Shown here in pieces: positions 9,565 to 20,243 of a DNA stretch of 64,000 nt. Position numbers and translations under genes: made by a program. Below the pieces are notes generated by a model that was not told where the DNA came from, did no database searches, and saw only the letters and a program-made list of their open reading frames with translations. Each line of letters begins with the position of its first letter. The stretch's first letter is position 1. The DNA comes from Casimicrobiaceae bacterium (GTDB taxonomy: Bacteria; Pseudomonadota; Gammaproteobacteria; Burkholderiales; Casimicrobiaceae): contig DASVGI010000084.1 of NCBI GenBank assembly GCA_036379595.1, positions 2,203 through 66,202 of the forward strand. Reading direction: 5' to 3'.

Positions 9565-10574
9565 CAGCTCCCCGGCAGGCTCTGCGCGTTGGGGAAGAAC
9601 ATCTCCTTCCACGACTCGGGCTTCACCTTGATCGAGTGGATCTTGTACATGAAATCGACATACTTCATCACGTTGTTCGGCGTCGTCGTGTACTTGATCT
9701 CGGGATCGTCGAGCATCTTCAGGATGAAGTCGAGGCCACTCTTGTCCTTCGAGATCCGGAGATAGGTCTCGGCCGCCGTGCGCTTGTCGCTGTTGATGAG
9801 CGCCGTCGCTTCGTCGAGCGCCGCAACGAACGCCGCGTAGACCTTCGGGTTCTCGTCGTGGAATTTCGCCGTCGTCCAGACGACGTTGAAGGTCGCCGGT
9901 CCGCCCAGTACGTCGTACGAGCTGAACACCTTGTGGATCCCCGGACGCTCGAGCTCCTCGTACTGGAACGGCGGCGAGCCGAGATGCGCGGTGACCTCGG
10001 AGCGGCCCGACAGCAGCGCCGCCATCGCATCCGGGTGCGACATCGACACCGTCAGGTGATCGATCCGGAACTGCTGTCCGGGCCCGAATGCCTTCTCCGC
10101 GGCCATCTGCAGCGTCACCGCCTGGATCGAGACCTTGACCGCGGGGAGTGCGATCTTGTCGTGGTCGGTGAAGTCGGCGAGCGTCTTCACCTTCGGGTTG
10201 TTGGTGACGAGGAAGAGCGGCATCGAGTTGATCGCCGCCACCGCCTTGACGTCGAGATTGCCGCGGGTCTTCGCCCACAACGTGGTGAACGGCCCGACGC
10301 CGCCCGAGGCGAACTGCAGGTTGCCGGACAGCAGTGCGTCGTTCATCACGGCGCCGCTCGCGAACTTGGACCAGTCGACCTTGACGTCGATGCCGGATTC
10401 CTTCGCGTGCTTCTCGATCAGCTTGCGATCCTCCATGATCATCAGCGGCAGGTAGCTGATCCCGTACTGCCGCGAAACGTGGATCTCGGTCACCTCGCCG
10501 CGTACCGGAGCCGCGGCAAGCGCGATCGCTGCGGCGACGACAAACGTTGCCGCACGTACCATCGATGGGTTCAT
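9564..10574 (-). CDS. ABC transporter substrate-binding protein (NMT1/THI5-like, NitT/TauT family)
   Basis: ORF 9564..10625, with the start at MNPSMVRAATFVVAAAIALAAAPVRG (signal peptide). A strong RBS (GAGGAGGAGGAG) lies upstream. Confidence 0.85.
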   Translation of the reverse strand: MNPSMVRAATFVVAAAIALAAAPVRGEVTEIHVSRQYGISYLPLMIMEDRKLIEKHAKESGIDVKVDWSKFASGAVMNDALLSGNLQFASGGVGPFTTLWAKTRGNLDVKAVAAINSMPLFLVTNNPKVKTLADFTDHDKIALPAVKVSIQAVTLQMAAEKAFGPGQQFRIDHLTVSMSHPDAMAALLSGRSEVTAHLGSPPFQYEELERPGIHKVFSSYDVLGGPATFNVVWTTAKFHDENPKVYAAFVAALDEATALINSDKRTAAETYLRISKDKSGLDFILKMLDDPEIKYTTTPNNVMKYVDFMYKIHSIKVKPESWKEMFFPNAQSLPGS

Positions 10575-10596
10575 TGTCTCCTCCTCCTCGCCGCGG

Positions 10597-10625
10597 ATCG
10601 TAGTGGTTCGCGCCGGCAGCGTCAA
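10597..10625 (-). promoter_or_regulatory. putative sigma70-type promoter of the ABC/dehydratase operon
   Basis: The minus strand reads TTGACG (10625..10620), a 17-nt spacer, then TACGAT (10602..10597). It lies about 22 nt upstream of the SBP start codon and directly abuts the inverted-repeat element. Confidence 0.4.
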
Positions 10626-10626
10626 A

Positions 10627-10738
10627 CCGGTAGGATAGGAAAACCGGGACGTACCACGTTTTTCACCGTTCGCTTCACCAACCTAGAAACCGCTGCTGTC
10701 AAAAAACGTGGTACGTCCCGGTTTTCCTATCCTACCGG
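10627..10738. repeat. perfect 37-bp inverted repeat pair with a 38-nt spacer (REP/BIME-like palindromic element)
   Basis: Left arm 10627..10663 is CCGGTAGGATAGGAAAACCGGGACGTACCACGTTTTT. Right arm 10702..10738 is its exact reverse complement. The right arm and spacer overlap the 3' end of rnhB. Confidence 0.85.
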
Positions 10739-11300
10739 CCTGACGCACCGGCGCGAACGACCTGCGATGCGCCGGACATGGCCCGTGCCGCGCGAGCGCG
10801 GCCAGGTGCTCGCGCGTTCCGTAGCCCTTGTGCCGCGCGAAGCCATAGGCCGGATACTCGCGATCGAGTGCGACCAGCATCGCGTCGCGCACGGTCTTGG
10901 CGAGGATCGACGCCGCCGAGATTGCGGGAACGTCGCGATCGCCCTTCACGATCGCCCGCACCGGACACGCGAGATCGGGGCAGCGATCGCCGTCGACCAG
11001 CGCCGCGCCGGGAGCGATCGCGAGGCCATCGACGGCCCGCCTCATCGCGAGCAGCGTCGCCCGCAGGATGTTGAGCGCATCGATCTCGGTGACGTCGCAG
11101 TGCGCAACCGACCACGCGAGCGCCCGGGCGCGGATCTCGGAAGCGAGCTCGTCGCGCACCGCTGCACGGAGGAGCTTCGAGTCGCGCAGCCCCGCGATCG
11201 GCCGGGCATCGTCGAGAATGACCGCGGCGGCCACCACCGGGCCGGCGAGCGGGCCGCGGCCCGCCTCGTCGATGCCCGCCACCATCGATTCACGCGGCAT
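10683..11300 (-). CDS. rnhB: ribonuclease HII
   Basis: ORF 10683..11423, with the start at MPRESMVAG. Motifs are [20 protein letters not shown] and [14 protein letters not shown]. The last 17 codons ([17 protein letters not shown]) are encoded by the palindromic element. Confidence 0.9.
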   Translation of the reverse strand: MPRESMVAGIDEAGRGPLAGPVVAAAVILDDARPIAGLRDSKLLRAAVRDELASEIRARALAWSVAHCDVTEIDALNILRATLLAMRRAVDGLAIAPGAALVDGDRCPDLACPVRAIVKGDRDVPAISAASILAKTVRDAMLVALDREYPAYGFARHKGYGTREHLAALARHGPCPAHRRSFAPVRQAGRIGKPGRTTFFDSSGF

Positions 11301-12498
11301 GGCGCGCGAAGTGCTGGCCTTCGCTGCGCCGGCCGGTGGCGCGGTCGAGCTCACCCAGCACCGCCTCGCTCGCAACGGCGCCGGTATCGACGGCGAGCCG
11401 GCGGCCGAACTCGCCGAACACATGCTCGAGACGCCTGCGCGTGACCGTGTCGTCGAACAGATTGAGCGCGGCGCGCGCGAGGTTCGCCGGCGTTGCCTCG
11501 GCCTGCAGGAATTCGGGAACCACGAAGCGGCCCGCGAGCACGTTCGGCAGCCCCACCCAGGGAACCAGCAGCCGGCGGCGGACGATTGCCGCGGTGAGCG
11601 AGCTCACGCGATAGAAGATGACGTGCGGGCAGCGGGCGAGCGCGGCTTCGAGCGTCGCCGTACCCGATGCGACGAGCGCGACGTCGGCGGCGCGCAATGC
11701 GTCGCCGGCATGGCCGTAGAGGATGGTGAGCGCAAGGCTCTCGTGGCCGGCGCGGTGCTGCGCATCGACGAACGCGTCGCGCGTCGTGCGCGAGACTACC
11801 GGGACCACGAAGCGCGCGTCAGGCCGCGCCTCGGCGATGCGCGCCGCCGCGTCGAGCACGAGGCCGGCGTGCATCTCGATCTCCGAGAGCCGGCTCCCGG
11901 GCAACAGCGCAAAGAGCGGCGCGGCGCCCTTGTACTGCAGGAGCTCGCGCACCGCACGCCGGGTGCCGGGCCCCGCTGCATCGGCGGCAAGCGGATGACC
12001 GACGAAGGTCACCGGAATGCCCGCCTCCTCGTAGAGCGGGACCTCGAACGGAAACAGCGCGAGCACGCGGTCGACGGCGCGATCGATCGTGCGCAGGCGC
12101 TCGCGTCGCCACGCCCACACCGACGGGCTCACGAAATGGATGGTGCGCACGCCGCGACGCTTCAGGCGCCGCTCGAGGCCGAGGTTGAAGTCGGGCGCGT
12201 CGACGCCGACGAACACCGGAACCGCCTCGTGGACGAGCCGGCGCGCGACGCGCCTGCGCAGCGCAAAGAGCCCCGGCAGATGCGCGAGAACCTCGACGAA
12301 GCCGCGCACGGCGAGGCGCTCCATCGGCGCCCACACGTCGCAGCCCTCGGCCTCCATGCGCGGGCCGGCGATGCCGGCGAAGCGCACGTCGCTACGCCGC
12401 TCGCGCACGCCGCGGATCAGCGCCGCAGCGAGCGCGTCGCCGGACGCCTCGCCGGCGACGATGCCGATCGTGACGCCGGGGGCCCGCTCAGCGGACAA
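11290..12498 (-). CDS. lpxB: lipid-A-disaccharide synthase
   Basis: ORF 11290..12498 (402 aa, TTG start). Motifs are [19 protein letters not shown] and SPSVWAWR. It sits in the canonical lpxD-fabZ-lpxA-lpxB-rnhB order. Confidence 0.9.
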   Translation of the reverse strand: MSAERAPGVTIGIVAGEASGDALAAALIRGVRERRSDVRFAGIAGPRMEAEGCDVWAPMERLAVRGFVEVLAHLPGLFALRRRVARRLVHEAVPVFVGVDAPDFNLGLERRLKRRGVRTIHFVSPSVWAWRRERLRTIDRAVDRVLALFPFEVPLYEEAGIPVTFVGHPLAADAAGPGTRRAVRELLQYKGAAPLFALLPGSRLSEIEMHAGLVLDAAARIAEARPDARFVVPVVSRTTRDAFVDAQHRAGHESLALTILYGHAGDALRAADVALVASGTATLEAALARCPHVIFYRVSSLTAAIVRRRLLVPWVGLPNVLAGRFVVPEFLQAEATPANLARAALNLFDDTVTRRRLEHVFGEFGRRLAVDTGAVASEAVLGELDRATGRRSEGQHFARHAA

Positions 12499-13264
12499 TG
12501 CCGCGCCCCGGATGCGTCAGAAATTCGACCAGCGGAGCGAGCAGCGGGGTGTCGATCGCCGCGCGCGCGAGCTCGGCGCGCGCCGCGTCGAACGCGAGGC
12601 CCGAGCGGTAGAGCGTCCGGTACGCGCGCCGCACGGCCGCGATGTCCGCGGCCGTGAAGCCGCGCCGGCGCAGTCCTTCGTTATTCGTCCCCGCGGGCTT
12701 TGCCGGGTAGCCCGACGCGGTGACGAACGGCGGGACGTCCTGCAGCACGATCGCTCCGGCGGCGATCATCGCGTGCGCGCCGATGCGGCAGAACTGGTGC
12801 ACGCCGGCATAAGCGCCGAGCACCGCGTAGTCGCCGATCGTCACGTGGCCGGCGATCTGCGCGTTGTTCGAGAACGTCGTCGCGTTGCCGACGACGCAGT
12901 CGTGCGCGACGTGCGCGTAGGCGAGAAACAGGTTGCCGCTGCCGATCGTCGTATCGCCGCGATCCTGTGCGGTTCCCGCGTGGATCGACACGTACTCGCG
13001 GATCACGTTGTCGTCGCCGATCGTCGTCGTCGTCGGCTCGCCGCCGTACTTGCGGTCCTGCGGAATGTCGCCGACCGATGCGAACTGGAACACGCGGTTG
13101 CGCTCGCCTAAGGTGGTGCGCCCGACGATGACCGCATGCGGCCCGATGCGGCTGCCGGCGCCGATGCGTACGGCGGAGCCGATGATCGAGTACGGCCCGA
13201 TCTCGACGTCGTCGGCAAGCCGGGCGCCGGGCTCGACCAGCGCAGTGGAATGGACCGCGGCCAC
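12488..13264 (-). CDS. lpxA: acyl-ACP--UDP-N-acetylglucosamine O-acyltransferase
   Basis: ORF 12488..13264 (258 aa). It has hexapeptide repeats and the conserved FASVGDIPQDRKY and NNEGLRRRGF segments. Confidence 0.9.
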   Translation of the reverse strand: MAAVHSTALVEPGARLADDVEIGPYSIIGSAVRIGAGSRIGPHAVIVGRTTLGERNRVFQFASVGDIPQDRKYGGEPTTTTIGDDNVIREYVSIHAGTAQDRGDTTIGSGNLFLAYAHVAHDCVVGNATTFSNNAQIAGHVTIGDYAVLGAYAGVHQFCRIGAHAMIAAGAIVLQDVPPFVTASGYPAKPAGTNNEGLRRRGFTAADIAAVRRAYRTLYRSGLAFDAARAELARAAIDTPLLAPLVEFLTHPGRGIVR

Positions 13265-13265
13265 G

Positions 13266-13736
13266 TCAGACGATGGGAAGCGTCGGCGGCGACGGCGCTT
13301 CGCGGATCGCGGCCAGGAGCGTCGCCTCGCAGACGAGCTGCCTGCCGACGCTCGCGCGGGTGCGAAAGCGGCCGACGTTTCGCACCGAGCGCTCGAGCTC
13401 GGCTTCGAGGAGCAGCGTGTCGCCCGGAATCACCTGGCGCTTGAAGCGTGCCTTGTCGATCCCGGCGAAGAGGACGAGCTGGCTGCCGTCCTGCCGGGCG
13501 GCGTCGGAGAGCATCGTCAGGAGCCCGGCCGCCTGCGCCATCGACTCGATGACGAGCACGCCCGGCATCACCGGATTGCCGGGGAAATGGCCCTGAAAGA
13601 ACGGCTCGTTCGCGGTGACGTTCTTGATTGCCCGGATGCACCTGCCGGCCTCCCATTCGAGCACCCGGTCGACGAGCAGCATCGGGTATCGATGCGGAAG
13701 CAGCCGCTCGATCATTGCAGCGTCGAGTTCACTCAC
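13266..13736 (-). CDS. fabZ: 3-hydroxyacyl-ACP dehydratase
   Basis: Part of ORF 13266..13856. Motifs are [14 protein letters not shown] and [19 protein letters not shown]. The start is taken at GTG 13736 ([10 protein letters not shown]); an alternative ATG lies at 13715. Confidence 0.9.
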   Translation of the reverse strand: MSELDAAMIERLLPHRYPMLLVDRVLEWEAGRCIRAIKNVTANEPFFQGHFPGNPVMPGVLVIESMAQAAGLLTMLSDAARQDGSQLVLFAGIDKARFKRQVIPGDTLLLEAELERSVRNVGRFRTRASVGRQLVCEATLLAAIREAPSPPTLPIV

Positions 13737-14829
13737 GCTCGTCTCCCCCTGTCGATTCCCCTTCGGTGCCCCGCCCGCGCGGCGGCTCGGTGCCCGGCCG
13801 GCGCAGCCGTTCGAGCGCGCGCAGCCGCGCGACGACGTCGCGCATGTGCCGGACATGCGCGACCACGCGCTTCCACTCGGCGTGCCGGAGCGCCGGAAAC
13901 GCGCCAGTGTAAACGCCCGGCGCGGTGATCGATTCCGACACGAGCGTCGCCGCGGACACCACCGTCCCGGCGGCGATTTCGAGGTGGCCCGAAATCATCG
14001 CCGCGCCGCCGATGCGGCAATCGCGGCCGATGCGCGCAGAGCCGGCGATGCCGACGCAGCCGGCGATCGCCGTGCGCGCGCCGATCACGCAGTTGTGCCC
14101 GATCTGGATCTGGTTGTCGAGCTTCACGCCGTCTTCGATCACCGTGTCGCCGAGCGCGCCGCGATCGATCGTCGTGTTGGCGCCGATCTCGACGTCGGCG
14201 CCGATGACGACGCGCCCGATCTGCGGAATCTTGATCCACCCGTCGGGACCCGGCGCGAGGCCGAAACCATCGGCGCCGATCACCGCACCGCTGTGCACGA
14301 GCGAGCGCGGGCCGATCGTGCAGCGCGCGTAGACGGTAACCCCGGCATCGAGCACCGCGTCGTCGCCGATCACCGCCCCGTCGCCGATCGTGCACCGGCT
14401 GCCGATCGCTGCGCGCTCGCCGATCGACGCGCCGGCGCCGATCACCGCGAAGGGACCGATCGTCGCCGTGGCGGCGACGGTCGCCGCGGGATCGATCACC
14501 GCCGTCGGGTGGCGCCCCGGACGCTGCGGTGCGGTCGGATAGAGGAGGCCCGCGACCTTCGCATAGGTGACGTAGGGATCGGCCGACACGAGCCGCGGCA
14601 GCGCCGTCGCCGTGGCGTCGGCCGCACCGACGATCACCGCCGCCGCGCGCGTCGTCGCGAGCTGGCTGCGATAGCGCGGATTGGCGAGAAACGCGATGTC
14701 GCCGGGACCGGCGCTCTCGAGGGTGGCGACGCGCTCGATCCGTGTCGCGCCGTCCCCTTCGACTGCGGCGCCGCAGAGCCGGCCAAGCTCGTCGAGACGA
14801 ATCGGCCCGCCCGGCGCGCACCCGGTCAT
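13729..14829 (-). CDS. lpxD: UDP-3-O-acylglucosamine N-acyltransferase
   Basis: ORF 13729..14829 (366 aa). It has the N-terminal LpxD domain ([14 protein letters not shown]) followed by long hexapeptide repeats. Confidence 0.9.
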   Translation of the reverse strand: MTGCAPGGPIRLDELGRLCGAAVEGDGATRIERVATLESAGPGDIAFLANPRYRSQLATTRAAAVIVGAADATATALPRLVSADPYVTYAKVAGLLYPTAPQRPGRHPTAVIDPAATVAATATIGPFAVIGAGASIGERAAIGSRCTIGDGAVIGDDAVLDAGVTVYARCTIGPRSLVHSGAVIGADGFGLAPGPDGWIKIPQIGRVVIGADVEIGANTTIDRGALGDTVIEDGVKLDNQIQIGHNCVIGARTAIAGCVGIAGSARIGRDCRIGGAAMISGHLEIAAGTVVSAATLVSESITAPGVYTGAFPALRHAEWKRVVAHVRHMRDVVARLRALERLRRPGTEPPRGRGTEGESTGGDERE

Positions 14830-14833
14830 CGGC

Positions 14834-15340
14834 TTACTTGTCGGAAAGCGCCTTGATCACCTTGTCGGTGATATCGATGCGCTGGCTCGCGTAGACGACC
14901 GGGTCCTGCAGGATCAGGTCGTACTTCTCGCTCGTGGCGATCTGCTGGATCACCTTGTTCGCGCGGTCCTGCAGCGCCGAGATCTCCTCGTTCTTGCGGA
15001 GATTGATGTCCTCGCGGAACTCGCGCTGCATCCGCTGCAGATCACGCGACTGGTTGGCGAGATCGCGCTCCTTGCCTCTCCGGTCAACGTCCGTCATCGT
15101 CGCACCGTCGCGATCGAGCGTCGCCTGCAGGTCGCGCACCTGCTTCGCGAGCTTCTGGATCTCGGCGTCGCGCGCCGCGAACTCCTTCTCGATCTTGGCC
15201 TGCGCGCGCTTCGCCGGCGCCGCTTCGCGGAACAGCCGCTCGGTATTGACGAAGCCGATCTTGTAGTCGGCGGCCGAGCTCGCGCCGGCGACTGCCAGCA
15301 GCGCAACGGCCATCGTGGTCAACATCCATCGCTTCAACAC
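14834..15340 (-). CDS. skp: periplasmic chaperone Skp (OmpH family)
   Basis: ORF 14834..15340 (168 aa). It has a signal peptide ([18 protein letters not shown]) and a coiled-coil-rich sequence. It lies between bamA and lpxD. Confidence 0.85.
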   Translation of the reverse strand: MLKRWMLTTMAVALLAVAGASSAADYKIGFVNTERLFREAAPAKRAQAKIEKEFAARDAEIQKLAKQVRDLQATLDRDGATMTDVDRRGKERDLANQSRDLQRMQREFREDINLRKNEEISALQDRANKVIQQIATSEKYDLILQDPVVYASQRIDITDKVIKALSDK

Positions 15341-15376
15341 TTCGATCCCTCCGCAGCCCCGGCACGCGCCGGGGCG

Positions 15377-17689
15377 TCAGAATGCCGTGCCGGCCTGGAA
15401 CTGGAAACGCTGCTCGTGGTCGCCGGGCTTCTTGTTCACGGGAATGGCGTAGCTGAATTTGAGCGGCCCCACCGGCGAATTCCACGATACACCGGCGCCG
15501 ATCGAATACCGGAACGACTCGAACTGCGGCTGACGCCCGTTCGCCCAGATCTCACCCGCGTCGGCGAAGATGCTCGCGCGCACCGCCTTGTCGCCCTTCA
15601 CGATCGGATAGAACATCTCGGCGTTGCCGACGATCTTGCGTCGCCCGCCGAGCGCGTTACCCTGGCTGTCCTGCGGGCCCAGCGACGCCGTGTCGTAGCC
15701 GCGCACCGAGTTGCCGCCCCCGGCGAAGAACGCCTTGAAGAACGGCAGCGGCTTGCCCGAGAGACCGTCGGCGTAACCGACGTCGCCGCGCAGCATCAGC
15801 ACGAGGTCGCCGTACACCGGCCAGTACTGCGAGTGCGAGTACTCGATCTTGTAGTAGGCGAGGTCGCCGAACGGCAGGCCGCTTTCGAGGAGCACGCTCT
15901 GCAGCCGCCCGCGCGTCGGGAACTGGATGTCGTCGCGCGTATCGCGCGACCAGCCGACCGAGCCGATGAAGGCGTTCGTGGTCTTCCCGAACTGGTTGAC
16001 GAACTGATCGTAGACCGGGGGGCTATTGCTGAACAGCGTGATCTCGGTGTGCTCGACGCGACCGCCGAAGTTGATCGTGTCGGTCTCGGTGATCGGGACG
16101 CCGAAGCCCATCGCCGCACCCAGCGTGTGCGATGAGTACTGCGAGATCGCGAGGCCGGTCGGGTCGAGGTTGCGCTGGTACGCTTCGAGCGTGCGCGACA
16201 CGCCGTCGACCGTGTAGTAGGGCTGCGTGAACAGCGCCGAATAGGTGCGGTCGTAGCGCCCGGTATTCACGGCGAGAGTCAGCGCGTTGCCGGTGCCGAA
16301 GATGTTCTGCTGGGAGACCGACGCGTTGAGCACGACGCCCTGGTCGCTCGAATAGCCGACCCCGGCGAGCAGGCTGCCGGTGTTGCGCTCGGTGACCGCG
16401 ACGTCGACGTCGACCTGGTCCGATGTGCCGGGCACCGGCGGGGTCTCGACGTTGACGTCGTCGAAATAGCCGAGATGCTTGATGCGCTCCTTCGAGCGCT
16501 CGATCCGCGGCCCGTCGTACCACGCATCCTCGAGCTGACGCATCTCGCGGCGGATGACGACGTCGCGCGTCTTCGCGTTGCCGCTGATGTTGATCCTGCG
16601 CACGTACGCGCGCCGCCCCGGATCGACGAAGAACGTGAACGAGGCCTTCGAGTCCTTGAGATCGAGCTCGGGCACCGCGTTGACGTTGGCGAACGCGTAG
16701 CCGTCGGCGCCCAGCCGCTCGCTCATGTCCTTCGCCGACGCCTGCAGCTTCGCCCGCGAGAATACTTCGCCCTTGTGCAGCTGGACGAGCGTTTCGAGCT
16801 CGGACGCGGGAACCACGAGGTCGCCGGCGATGCGGATGTCGCCGACAATGAAGCGCGGGCCCTCGGAGATGTTGACGGTGATGTGGATGTGCTCCTTGTC
16901 GGGGCTGATCGACACCTGCGTCGACTCGATGTTCATTTCGAGATAGCCGCGATCCTGGTAGAAGCTGCGCACCTTCTCGAGATCGCCGGAGAGCTTCTGC
17001 TTCGAGTACTGGTCGTCCTTCGTGTACCAGGTGAACCAGCCGGGAGTGGTCAGCGTCATCTGCGACAGCAGCGTCTTCTCGCTGAACTCTTTCGCGCCGA
17101 CGATGTTGATCTGCGCGATCTTGGCGGTGTCGCCTTCCTTGATCGTGAAGTTGATCGCCACCCGGTTGCGCTCCTGCGGAGTCACCGTGGTCTGGATCTC
17201 GGCCGCGTACTTGCCGCGCGTGATGTACTGGCGCTTCAACTCCTGCTCGGCGCGGTCGAGCAGCGACCGGTCGAAGATCCGCGCCTCGGCGAGGCCGATC
17301 TCCTTCATCGCCTTCTTGATCGTGTCGGTGTCGAACTCCTTGTTGCCGGTGTAGGTGATCGAGCTGATCGTCGGGCGCTCGACGACGGCGACGATCAGCA
17401 CGTTGCCCTCCTTTTCGAGACGGACGTCGCGAAAGAAGCCGGTCGCGTACAGCGCCTTGACGGCGTCGGAGATCTTCTGGTCGTCGACGCGGTCGCCGAC
17501 CTTGATCGGGAGGTAGTTGAATACGGTGCCCGGCTCGGTCCGCTGCGCGCCCTCGACGCGGATGTCGCGCACGACGAACGGCTCGATCGACCATGCCATC
17601 AGCGGAGCGAGCGCCGCGACGGCGAGCAAGGCGACCCGCGCCCAGATGCGGATGCGGCCGGGCCGATCAGAACAGGCGCGAAACGTCAT
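15377..17689 (-). CDS. bamA: outer membrane protein assembly factor BamA
   Basis: ORF 15377..17689 (770 aa). It has POTRA repeats (VRDIRVEG, ISSITYTGNKEF), a C-terminal beta-barrel and a terminal Phe (FQFQAGTAF). Confidence 0.9.
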   Translation of the reverse strand: MTFRACSDRPGRIRIWARVALLAVAALAPLMAWSIEPFVVRDIRVEGAQRTEPGTVFNYLPIKVGDRVDDQKISDAVKALYATGFFRDVRLEKEGNVLIVAVVERPTISSITYTGNKEFDTDTIKKAMKEIGLAEARIFDRSLLDRAEQELKRQYITRGKYAAEIQTTVTPQERNRVAINFTIKEGDTAKIAQINIVGAKEFSEKTLLSQMTLTTPGWFTWYTKDDQYSKQKLSGDLEKVRSFYQDRGYLEMNIESTQVSISPDKEHIHITVNISEGPRFIVGDIRIAGDLVVPASELETLVQLHKGEVFSRAKLQASAKDMSERLGADGYAFANVNAVPELDLKDSKASFTFFVDPGRRAYVRRINISGNAKTRDVVIRREMRQLEDAWYDGPRIERSKERIKHLGYFDDVNVETPPVPGTSDQVDVDVAVTERNTGSLLAGVGYSSDQGVVLNASVSQQNIFGTGNALTLAVNTGRYDRTYSALFTQPYYTVDGVSRTLEAYQRNLDPTGLAISQYSSHTLGAAMGFGVPITETDTINFGGRVEHTEITLFSNSPPVYDQFVNQFGKTTNAFIGSVGWSRDTRDDIQFPTRGRLQSVLLESGLPFGDLAYYKIEYSHSQYWPVYGDLVLMLRGDVGYADGLSGKPLPFFKAFFAGGGNSVRGYDTASLGPQDSQGNALGGRRKIVGNAEMFYPIVKGDKAVRASIFADAGEIWANGRQPQFESFRYSIGAGVSWNSPVGPLKFSYAIPVNKKPGDHEQRFQFQAGTAF

Positions 17690-19025
17690 TGAAGAGAGCC
17701 AGGGCCATCAGCACCGCGAGCATCGCCATGCCGATGCGTTGACCGACCTCGATGGCGTGGTCGGAAACAGGACTGCCTTTGACAATTTCGGCGAGATAAT
17801 ACAGCAAATGCCCCCCATCCAACAGCGGGATGGGCAGCAGGTTGAGCACGCCGAGACTGATGCTGATGAGCGCGAGGTAGCCGAGGAACGCGAGCAGCCC
17901 CGCCTGTGCCGATTCGCCGGCGATGTCGGCCATCGTGATCGGACCGCTGATGTTGCGCAGCGACGCGCTGCCGGTGACGATGCGACCGAGCATGCGCACG
18001 GTGAACAGCGACAGCTCGCCGGTCTTCTCGAAGCCGGCGCCGAGTGCCGCGAGCGGAGCGTCACGAACGATGACGGCGAGCTTCGCCGCGGCCGCAGGGT
18101 CGACGCGCAGCCGAACGCCGGCGAGCCCGATCTTCCTGCCGTCCTGCTCGACGGTCTCCGGCGTCAGCGCGACGGTGATCTCGCGACCGGCGCGCAGCAC
18201 GCGATAGTCGAGTGCAACGCCCGCGTGCGCGTTGGTGATCTCGGCTACGGCCGCCGGCGAATGCATCGGCACGCCGTCGACGGCGACGATCCGGTCGCCC
18301 GCTTTCAGGCCCGCCGCCTCGGCGGGCTTGCCGGGGAGCACCGCATCGACGATCGGCGCACCGAGATCGACGACGAGGCCGAGCTTCGTCAACGGATCGC
18401 CCTCCCAGTCGCTGTCGGAGAGCCCGCCGAGCGAGAGATCGCGAACGACCGGCTCGGTGGCGGCGTTGCCGCGCGCGAGCGACACGCGGACCGACGGCTC
18501 GCCCTGCTCGCGCAGGAGGCGCCAGCGCAGCTCCTGGACGCTGCGCACCGGGTCGCCGTCGACGGCGGTCACGACGTCGCCGCCGCGCACGTCGGCTGCC
18601 GCGGCGGCGCTCTGCGGCGGCGGCGCGGCGAGGAGCGGCTGCTGCCCGGGAATGCCCGCCATGTAGGTCGCCGAGAAGAACAGTCCGGCAAGCACGAGGT
18701 TCGCGATCGGCCCCGCCGCGACGATCGCGATGCGCTTCGCCACCGGTTGGCGGTTGAACGCACGCGGCAGGTCCGCGCGCGCGACCGTGCCTTCGCGCTC
18801 GTCGGCCATCCGCACGTAGCCTCCGAGCGGAATCGCCGAGAGCGCCCATTCGGTGCGGTCGCGGCCGAAGCGGCGCGACCAGATCACGCGGCCGAAGCCG
18901 ACCGAGAAGCGCAGCACCTTGACGCCGGCAAGGCGCGCCACCGCGTAATGCCCGAGCTCGTGGAACACGACGAGCACGCCGAGCGTCACCGCGAACGCGA
19001 CCACTTTGTAGAGAATATCGATCAT
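17667..19025 (-). CDS. rseP: RIP zinc metalloprotease RseP
   Basis: C-terminal 452 codons of ORF 17667..20234, starting at [11 protein letters not shown]. It has the HELGHY zinc motif, PDZ regions and a C-terminal LDGGH. Confidence 0.9.
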   Translation of the reverse strand: MIDILYKVVAFAVTLGVLVVFHELGHYAVARLAGVKVLRFSVGFGRVIWSRRFGRDRTEWALSAIPLGGYVRMADEREGTVARADLPRAFNRQPVAKRIAIVAAGPIANLVLAGLFFSATYMAGIPGQQPLLAAPPPQSAAAAADVRGGDVVTAVDGDPVRSVQELRWRLLREQGEPSVRVSLARGNAATEPVVRDLSLGGLSDSDWEGDPLTKLGLVVDLGAPIVDAVLPGKPAEAAGLKAGDRIVAVDGVPMHSPAAVAEITNAHAGVALDYRVLRAGREITVALTPETVEQDGRKIGLAGVRLRVDPAAAAKLAVIVRDAPLAALGAGFEKTGELSLFTVRMLGRIVTGSASLRNISGPITMADIAGESAQAGLLAFLGYLALISISLGVLNLLPIPLLDGGHLLYYLAEIVKGSPVSDHAIEVGQRIGMAMLAVLMALALFNDVSRLF

Positions 19026-20206
19026 GCGGCGATCCCCAGCGCGACGCGGCAGCGCGCGCGCGCGTCGGCGTCGATGGCGAGCGCATCGTCGAGCGAGGCG
19101 ACCGGCGTCGGAGAGTGCCGCTCGAGCACGGTCGCGCACGCGCGCGCGATGTCGCTGAAGCGGGCGCGTCCGGCGAGGAACGCGTCGACGGCGACTTCGT
19201 TCGCGGCGTTGAGCGCGATTGGCGCCGCCGCATCGGAAGCGAGCGCCGCGTAAGCGAGATCGACGCAGGGAAAGCGCGCCGGATCGGGCGGCAGGAACGT
19301 CAACCTGCCGACCGCGGCGAGGTCGAGCGAGCCAACCCCGCTCTCCACGCGTCCGGGTGCTGCGAGCGCCTGTGCGATCGGCGTGCGCATGTCGGGGTGG
19401 CCGAGCTGCGCGAGCACCGAGCCGTCGACGTACTCGACGAGCGAGTGCACGATGCTCTGCGGGTGAACGACGACCTCGATCCGATCGGCCGGCGCTCCGA
19501 ACAACCAGTGCGCCTCGATCACTTCGAGACCCTTGTTCATCATCGTCGCCGAATCCACCGAGATCTTGCGTCCCATCGTCCAGTTCGGGTGCCGGCACGC
19601 CTCGTCCGGCGTCACGCGATCGAAGTCGGCCTCTGGCCGCCGGAAGAACGGCCCGCCCGATGCGGTGAGCACGATCCTTCGCACGCCCGCCGCTGCGGGA
19701 TCGCGTGCGTAGGGCGTCGGCAGGCACTGGTAGACGGCATTGTGCTCGCTGTCGATCGGCACCAGCGTCGCCGCCCCCTCCTCCGCGGCCGCGATGAAGA
19801 GCGCGCCGCCGATCACCAGCGCTTCCTTGTTCGCAAGCAGGATGCGCTTGCCGGCACGCGCCGCCGCGAGCGTCGCCGGCAGGCCGGCGGCGCCGACGAT
19901 CGCTGCGAGCACGGTGTCGGCCTCCGCGAGCGTGGCCACCTCGGCGAGCCCCGCCGCTCCCGCGACGACGCGCGTTGCGATGCCTTCGGCGGCGAGATCG
20001 CGCGCCAGCGCGGCGGCGTGCTCGGCGTCGTGCAGTGCGGCAAGCCGCGGCCGGTGGAGCCGGCAAAGCTCGAGCAGGCGCGCATGATTGCTGTACGCGG
20101 CGAGCGCGACCACCTCGAAGCGATCCGGATGGCGCGCGATGACGTCGAGCGCCGAAGCGCCGATCGAGCCCGTCGCACCAAGGAGCGCAACGCCTTCGCG
20201 CTTCAT
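19022..20206 (-). CDS. dxr: 1-deoxy-D-xylulose 5-phosphate reductoisomerase
   Basis: ORF 19022..20299, with the start at [18 protein letters not shown] (NADPH motif). [10 protein letters not shown] is present. It overlaps rseP by ATGA. Confidence 0.9.
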   Translation of the reverse strand: MKREGVALLGATGSIGASALDVIARHPDRFEVVALAAYSNHARLLELCRLHRPRLAALHDAEHAAALARDLAAEGIATRVVAGAAGLAEVATLAEADTVLAAIVGAAGLPATLAAARAGKRILLANKEALVIGGALFIAAAEEGAATLVPIDSEHNAVYQCLPTPYARDPAAAGVRRIVLTASGGPFFRRPEADFDRVTPDEACRHPNWTMGRKISVDSATMMNKGLEVIEAHWLFGAPADRIEVVVHPQSIVHSLVEYVDGSVLAQLGHPDMRTPIAQALAAPGRVESGVGSLDLAAVGRLTFLPPDPARFPCVDLAYAALASDAAAPIALNAANEVAVDAFLAGRARFSDIARACATVLERHSPTPVASLDDALAIDADARARCRVALGIAA

Positions 20207-20243
20207 GGCCGCCTGAGGAACAGCAGCGCCGCAATCGACGGGA

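Noticed and set aside
10627-10738. The inverted repeat could be an IS element or an autonomous MITE.
   Set aside because: The element has no internal coding capacity (112 nt in total), no flanking target-site duplication that I could see, and no transposase in the window. A REP/BIME-like extragenic palindrome is the more economical description.
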